DNA of 21,637 nt, taken from NCBI GenBank assembly GCA_034667685.1, contig JAXDQU010000110.1, positions 1 through 21,637 on the forward strand, given 5' to 3'. The notes under the pieces are model-generated. The model had not been told where the DNA came from. It worked only from the letters and a program-made list of their open reading frames with translations, and searched no databases. The DNA is from Thermoplasmata archaeon. GTDB taxonomy: Archaea > Thermoplasmatota > SW-10-69-26 > JACQPN01 > JAJPHT01. Shown here in pieces: positions 16,890-21,637 of the stretch. The position numbers and the translations under genes were made by a program. How positions within the stretch are numbered: position 1 is the first letter of the stretch; each line of letters begins with the position of its first letter.

Positions 16890-18338
16890 CTACCCGGTAA
16901 CACGAGCGAGCGGCGGCTTGGCAGCGAAGAGCGACGGCCCGGCATCCAGCACCAGGACGGCGCCGTCGCGGTGGTGCGACGTGTCGTTGGTGGCGGCCGG
17001 GTTGTCCGCGCAGCCCTCGGTGCAGCCGTCGGTGAACGCGACGAACACCCGCCCGTCGGCGTCGTGCGCCATGTCGATGAAATCGAGCATGTTGCGGCAC
17101 GGGTTGCTGCCGCCGTCGAGCCAGACGCAGCCGATCTGCACGGGGTCGGCGTCGGGCGTGGCCTGCGTCGTGACGAACGTCGGGTCCTTCGCCGCGGCGT
17201 CGAAGCTGTAGGTCACGAACATCTGCCAGCGCGTCGCGTTGGGTGCCTTGCTGGGCGTCTCGGTCGTGTCGCGGTTGGCGAGGTACGCCATCGCGATGCG
17301 GCCGTTGTCGCCGCTCGTGATGACCGTGAACACGCTGCTCTTGACATCAGCGGGCGCGACGCGCCACGGCCCTTCCCACGTCTGGAAGTGGTCCTTGCTG
17401 CGCACCAGGTAGGGGATGTGGTCGCCGCCGCGGTAGAGCATGTAGGCCGTGCCGTCGGGCGTCACGGTGATATCAGGGTCGATCTCCTCGGCGCCGTGGA
17501 CCTTCGGGCCGTGCTGCACGGTCCACGTCAGGCCGTTGTCCTCGCTGACGCCGACCACCGGGCCGTCGCAGCCCAGGTTGATCGGGACGAAGACGGTGCC
17601 GTCGGGCGCCGCGGCCGGGTGGCCGTTGATGCCGCCGCAGCCGTCCACCGGGGCGATGGCGACGGGGCGGTCGTACGCGAAGTCCATGCCGCCGTCCAGG
17701 CTCACCGCGCAGTCGGTGGCGACGTCCTTGTTGTAACAATAGTAGACCACGTTGGGGTACACCATGTCCGCGGGCTTGGGCGCGGGGCCGTGCCAGTGGG
17801 CCGTCATGACCTTCTGGTGGTCGTTGCTCGGGATGCCGCACGTCATGGGCTTCATCGTCCACGTCGCGCCTTCGTCGTCGCTCCAGATCATGTTGGAGCA
17901 GAGCGTGCTCGTCATGTGGTCGGCGAAGACGCGGCCCGTGTCCGGATCGACCCAGAGCATCGGGTCGCTGCTGCGCGTGTAGCCCGAGAGCGGCGTGGAC
18001 TGCACCTGCGCGGGGAACGCGGCGGTCAGGTTGAACACGATCTCCCACGTCTTGCCGTGGTCCTTGCTGCGCATCGTGTTGGCGCCGGCGATCTCGAAGA
18101 CGTTGCCCTTGGGCGTGACGCCGATGTTGGGCTCGCCGCCGCGGCTCTTCATCATGACCTCGGTGAAGTTGAGCGAGGCGAACTCCGTGGGGAGCGCGGT
18201 CGCGTTGCCCAGCGCGTCGTACGCCAGGAGCTTCGGAAGCTCCGCGGTCGAGGTGGTCGCCGCGGGCGTCAGGTTCGAGGGCGAGACGCACCCCGCCAGG
18301 ACGAGGGCGAGCAGGGCGGCGGCAAGGAGGACGCGCAT
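16890..18338 (-). CDS. Lipoprotein with BNR/Asp-box repeats (sialidase-like beta-propeller)
   Basis: ATG 18338, lipobox LVLAGC; Asp boxes SKDHGKTW, SDDEGATW, SLDGGMDF, SEDNGLTW, SKDHFQTW. Confidence 0.85.
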   Translation of the reverse strand: MRVLLAAALLALVLAGCVSPSNLTPAATTSTAELPKLLAYDALGNATALPTEFASLNFTEVMMKSRGGEPNIGVTPKGNVFEIAGANTMRSKDHGKTWEIVFNLTAAFPAQVQSTPLSGYTRSSDPMLWVDPDTGRVFADHMTSTLCSNMIWSDDEGATWTMKPMTCGIPSNDHQKVMTAHWHGPAPKPADMVYPNVVYYCYNKDVATDCAVSLDGGMDFAYDRPVAIAPVDGCGGINGHPAAAPDGTVFVPINLGCDGPVVGVSEDNGLTWTVQHGPKVHGAEEIDPDITVTPDGTAYMLYRGGDHIPYLVRSKDHFQTWEGPWRVAPADVKSSVFTVITSGDNGRIAMAYLANRDTTETPSKAPNATRWQMFVTYSFDAAAKDPTFVTTQATPDADPVQIGCVWLDGGSNPCRNMLDFIDMAHDADGRVFVAFTDGCTEGCADNPAATNDTSHHRDGAVLVLDAGPSLFAAKPPLARVTG

Positions 18339-18398
18339 GGGCGCCGCACCGCCCGCGGCGGGCCATAACCTTTCTTGCGCGGCAGCCTCTCGCGCGCC

Positions 18399-18713
18399 GT
18401 GGACCTCGCCGCCGCGATCAAGCCCGCGCGGGGCGGCTGCGCGCTGGAGGTCGAGGTGGTGCCGGGCGCGCGGACGTCGCGCTTCCCCGCGGGCTTCAAC
18501 CCGTGGCGCGGCCGGATCGAGGCCAAGGTCCGCGCGCCGCCGGAAGACGGCCAGGCCAACGCGGAGCTGGTGGACCTCGTGGCCGCGGCGCTGGACGTCC
18601 CCCCCGCGCGGGTCCGCGTCGGCGCGGGCGCCACGAGCCGGCGCAAGACGATCCTCGTCGAGGGGCTCGCCCCGCAAGAGGCTGCCTCGCGGCTGGGACA
18701 ATCGGCAGGGTGA
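18399..18713 (+). CDS. DUF167/UPF0235 (YggU-like) protein
   Basis: LEVEVVPGA, KVRAPPEDGQANAEL, GATSRRKTI; GTG 18399. Confidence 0.9.
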   Translation: MDLAAAIKPARGGCALEVEVVPGARTSRFPAGFNPWRGRIEAKVRAPPEDGQANAELVDLVAAALDVPPARVRVGAGATSRRKTILVEGLAPQEAASRLGQSAG

Positions 18714-18741
18714 AGGACGCGGTGGACCCCATCTCCCGTTC

Positions 18742-19512
18742 GTGGAGAGCCAGACCGCGCTGCTCCTCCTGGGCGCGACCGACCTCGCGGTGGCCGGCGC
18801 GTTCGCCTACGTGGGCCTCGCCTTCGCGCGTCGCCCCCAGAGCGGAGAGGGACGCCTCGCCGCGCGCCTCTTCAGGGTCTGGTGGTTCGGCATCGCGCTG
18901 GCGGGCGTCGGCGCCGCGCTCGCGAGCATGCTGGCGAGCCGGGACGCCGACCCGCGGCACCTCGACGCGGTCAACCTGGCCAGCCTCGCCGCCTACGCCG
19001 CGGCGCTCGTGGGCTTCGTCACCTACCTGGACTACCTCTACCGCGGCTCGCACCGGCTGCTCGTCCCGGTCGCGGCGGGCTTCGCGGCGCTCGTGGCCTG
19101 GTCGGTCGTCGACGGCCTCGCCAACCCCGCGACGGGCTACGCGTTGACCGCGTGGCGCCCCGTTCCGATCCGCGCGGCCTCGTTCGGCCCGCCGCCCGCG
19201 CTGACCGCCGCGCTGCTCCTGATCCCCACGCTCGCGAGCGTCGTGGCCTACGCCAGCCTGCTGCGGAGGGCGCCCGCCGCGGCCTGCGCGCGCATCCGGC
19301 TCGTGAGCCTCTCGCTGGCGCTCTGGCTCGCCGGGGCGGGCGTCACCTCCTTCCCGGGCCTGGGCGACCGGCTCGACGTGCAGGCGCTCGGCCGCGGCCT
19401 GATCGTCCTCGCCGCGTTCGGCGTGCTGCGCGCGTACGGCTCCGCGCCGCCCCGCGCCTCCGCCGAGGCCAGGCGCGACCGGCTCGCGGCAAGGGTCGCC
19501 GAGCTGATCTAG
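18742..19512 (+). CDS. Orphan ~7-TM integral membrane protein (256 aa)
   Basis: GTG 18742; about seven hydrophobic segments, FRVWWFG motif; no cytoplasmic catalytic domain. Confidence 0.75.
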   Translation: MESQTALLLLGATDLAVAGAFAYVGLAFARRPQSGEGRLAARLFRVWWFGIALAGVGAALASMLASRDADPRHLDAVNLASLAAYAAALVGFVTYLDYLYRGSHRLLVPVAAGFAALVAWSVVDGLANPATGYALTAWRPVPIRAASFGPPPALTAALLLIPTLASVVAYASLLRRAPAAACARIRLVSLSLALWLAGAGVTSFPGLGDRLDVQALGRGLIVLAAFGVLRAYGSAPPRASAEARRDRLAARVAELI

Positions 19513-19675
19513 AACCCGTTTCACGCCCTCGTTTCGGAGCGGTCCGGTCGAGGAGGGGTCGGATGCGAGGCGCGCGATCCCGAAGGAATCGCAGCGCGCT
19601 TTCGAGCGGTCGCGCAACGAAGCAGGCGGCCCCTCATCGGCCGGACCGGCGAAACGAGGGCGTGAAACGGGTTCT
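19511..19675. mobile_element. MITE-like 165-bp element with perfect 26-bp terminal inverted repeats
   Basis: AGAACCCGTTTCACGCCCTCGTTTCG (19511-36) and its exact reverse complement (19650-75); further internal pairing; CTAG/CTGA at the ends; no credible internal gene. Confidence 0.75.
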
Positions 19676-19694
19676 GAGGAGCCCCGGCCGCTTG

Positions 19695-19710
19695 GCAAAG
19701 GTATTCGTAG
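19695..19710 (+). promoter_or_regulatory. Putative promoter of dnaG
   Basis: GCAAAGGTATTCGTAG purine-rich then AT-rich segment upstream of a structured leader; AGGAG SD at 19863-19867. Confidence 0.4.
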
Positions 19711-19878
19711 GGGCGCCGGGTTGGCTCGGGTGAACCGGGAGACCTCGCGTCTTCCCTTCACATTCACCATCCCTCGGACGCGCCATCGCCGTCCGCGTCG
19801 CGCCCCTCGTGGGCAGCAGCCGCATGATGTACGTGAGCCCGATCCCGCGGCTCCCGGTTCCCAGGAGAACAGCACGGC

Positions 19879-21637
19879 ATGTCCGGCTCCAACCTCAACA
19901 TCGACCCCACGACCACGAAGTACCTGATCCGCGCGAGCATCGCGGCGGAAGGCGTCATCGAGAAGCCCGACGTCGTCGGCGCCATCTTCGGCCAGACCGA
20001 AGGCCTGCTCGGCGAGGACCTCGACCTGCGCGACCTCCAGAAGAGCGGCCGCATCGGGCGCATCGAGGTCATCATCGACTCCAAGAAGGGCAAGTCCACC
20101 GGCGACATCCACCTGCCCTCGTCGCTCGACAAGGTCGAGACCGCGATCCTGGCGGCGGCGCTGGAGAGCATCGACCGCGTCGGCCCCGCCAAGGCCGAGA
20201 TCAAGGTGCGCGGCATCGAGGACGTCCGCAGCGTGAAGCGCGACATGGTCATCAGCCGCGCCCGCGAGCTGCTGGGCATGATGGGCGAGGCCGGCGTGGG
20301 CGAGAGCGCCTCCATCATGGAGGCCGTGCGCGACTCCGTGCGCGTCGAGGACATGGTCAGCTACGGCCCCGACCGCCTCCCCGCGGGCCCCAACGTCTCC
20401 AAGTCCGACAGCATCATCGTGGTCGAGGGGCGCAACGACGTCGCCAACCTCCTGCGCCACGGCATCAAGAACGCCATCGCGGTCGAGGGCACCAACGTCC
20501 CGCAGACGATCGTGCAGCTCTGCAAGGACAAGAGCGCGATCGCGTTCGTCGACGGCGACCGCGGCGGCGAGCTGATCCTCAAGGAGCTGCTCCAGGTCGC
20601 GGAGCTCGACTTCATCGCCCGCGCGCCCCGCGCGCACGAGGTCGAGGAGCTGACCCAGAAGCAGCTCATCAAGGCGCTGCGCAACAAGATCCCCGCCGAC
20701 CAGTTCATCGAGCTCTACAGCCTCGAGGGCGGCAACCGCCCGCAGCGCGACAACCCGCGCGCCGGCGACCGCCGCGGCAGCCGCGGCCGTGGCCCCGCGA
20801 TGGCCGAGGAGGACGAGGACGAGGACGTCGACCTCACCAGCCCCATCGAGGGCGTCGACATGACGCCGATGGTCCCGCAGCGCTCCGAGGTCCGCCGCGA
20901 CGAGCGCCGCGACCGCAGGCGAGCCGAGGAGGCCGACGCCCGCATGGGCGTTGAGCCGCAGCGCCGTGACGACCGCCGTGGCGACGAGCGCCGCGGCCCC
21001 CGCGGCGAGGACCGCCGCGAGCGCGAGCCCCGCGAGGAGCGCCAGCCCCGCGAGGCCCGTGAGCCGCGCGAGGAGCGCGAACCCCGCGAGATGCGCGAGC
21101 CCCGTGAGGAGCGCGAGCCCCGCGAGGTCCGTGGCGAGGCCCGCAGGCCGCAGGCCGAGGGCGAGGCCGAGCCGCAGTTCGGCCGGGCGCGCGAGATGCG
21201 CGAGGAGCGCCAGCCGCGCGAAGAGCGTGCGCCCCGCGAGATGCGCGAGGAACGCGCCCCGCGCGAGGAGCGCCGCGAGCGCCGTGGCGACCGCCAGGAG
21301 CGCGCGCCCCGGATGGACGCCGACGAGGCGCCGACCCAGGCCGAGCCTGCGATGGAGTCCGAGCCCGCCGCGCCCGCGCGCCCGACGGGCGACCGCGAGG
21401 GCAAGTTCCTCGCGATCCTGGAGGAGCTCTCCGGCAAGCTCCAGGCCGTGCTGCTGACCGAGACGTTCGAGCGCGTCGGCGACAAGGTGGCCGTGCGCGA
21501 CCTCGCCGACACGCTGAAGAAGGACACCCCGGGCGTCGCGCACGTCGTCTTCGACGGCGTCGTGACGCAGCGCCTCATCGACATCGCGCTTGACAAGAAG
21601 ATCCAGACGCTCGTCGGCGTCAAGACGGGGAACATCA
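19879..21637 (+). CDS. dnaG: Archaeal DnaG (TOPRIM primase-like, exosome-associated) with long Arg/Glu-rich insertion; 3'-truncated by the window edge
   Basis: Hand translation: KYLIRASIAAEGVIEKPDVVGAIFGQTEGLLGEDLDLRDLQKSGRIGRI, TOPRIM IIVVEGRNDV and FVDGDRGGELI, C-terminal VVFDGVVTQRLID; frame open to the window end. Confidence 0.95.
   Translation, partial: MSGSNLNIDPTTTKYLIRASIAAEGVIEKPDVVGAIFGQTEGLLGEDLDLRDLQKSGRIGRIEVIIDSKKGKSTGDIHLPSSLDKVETAILAAALESIDRVGPAKAEIKVRGIEDVRSVKRDMVISRARELLGMMGEAGVGESASIMEAVRDSVRVEDMVSYGPDRLPAGPNVSKSDSIIVVEGRNDVANLLRHGIKNAIAVEGTNVPQTIVQLCKDKSAIAFVDGDRGGELILKELLQVAELDFIARAPRAHEVEELTQKQLIKALRNKIPADQFIELYSLEGGNRPQRDNPRAGDRRGSRGRGPAMAEEDEDEDVDLTSPIEGVDMTPMVPQRSEVRRDERRDRRRAEEADARMGVEPQRRDDRRGDERRGPRGEDRREREPREERQPREAREPREEREPREMREPREEREPREVRGEARRPQAEGEAEPQFGRAREMREERQPREERAPREMREERAPREERRERRGDRQERAPRMDADEAPTQAEPAMESEPAAPARPTGDREGKFLAILEELSGKLQAVLLTETFERVGDKVAVRDLADTLKKDTPGVAHVVFDGVVTQRLIDIALDKKIQTLVGVKTGNI

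Noticed and set aside
21010-21310. 9/18-bp DNA repeats inside dnaG as an inserted repeat element
   Set aside because: They are in frame and vary at synonymous positions, so they are best explained as protein-level REPREE repeats.
18496-21543. 1015-aa minus-strand ORF and other antisense ORFs over dnaG
   Set aside because: Antisense shadows of the 7-TM gene and dnaG; the plus-strand frame carries clear DnaG motifs.

Overview
High-GC window that is most likely archaeal. The call rests on an archaeal-type DnaG, an AlaX-M and BRE/TATA-like promoters with short leaders; a Thermoplasmatota-like origin is my inference. Housekeeping and metabolic genes: mitochondrial-type aconitase, NADP-type isocitrate dehydrogenase, FabG-like SDR, AlaX editing protein, DUF167, and DnaG (runs off the right edge and is missing from the ORF track). 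Envelope and redox genes: DUF4395 plus a thioredoxin-like protein, a PQQ-type beta-propeller fused to a cupredoxin, a GT39/PMT-like glycosyltransferase, an Asp-box lipoprotein and an orphan ~7-TM protein. Several small proteins are also present, including a 54-aa CsbD missed by the ORF track. No CRISPR array, tRNA, rRNA or transposase was seen. Most notable: (1) a voltage-gated K+-channel-like protein whose TVGYGD filter reads NVAYVD; (2) large charged low-complexity additions on DnaG (~220-aa Arg/Glu-rich insert) and IDH (56-aa histone-H1-like tail); (3) a high density of hairpin elements built from 6-9-bp tandem units, mostly at gene 3' ends, plus a 165-bp MITE-like element; (4) a gene-direction-independent C/A-to-G/T strand-skew switch centred on a ~120-nt hairpin near 4.4 kb; (5) a closed, structured ~135-nt leader upstream of dnaG.
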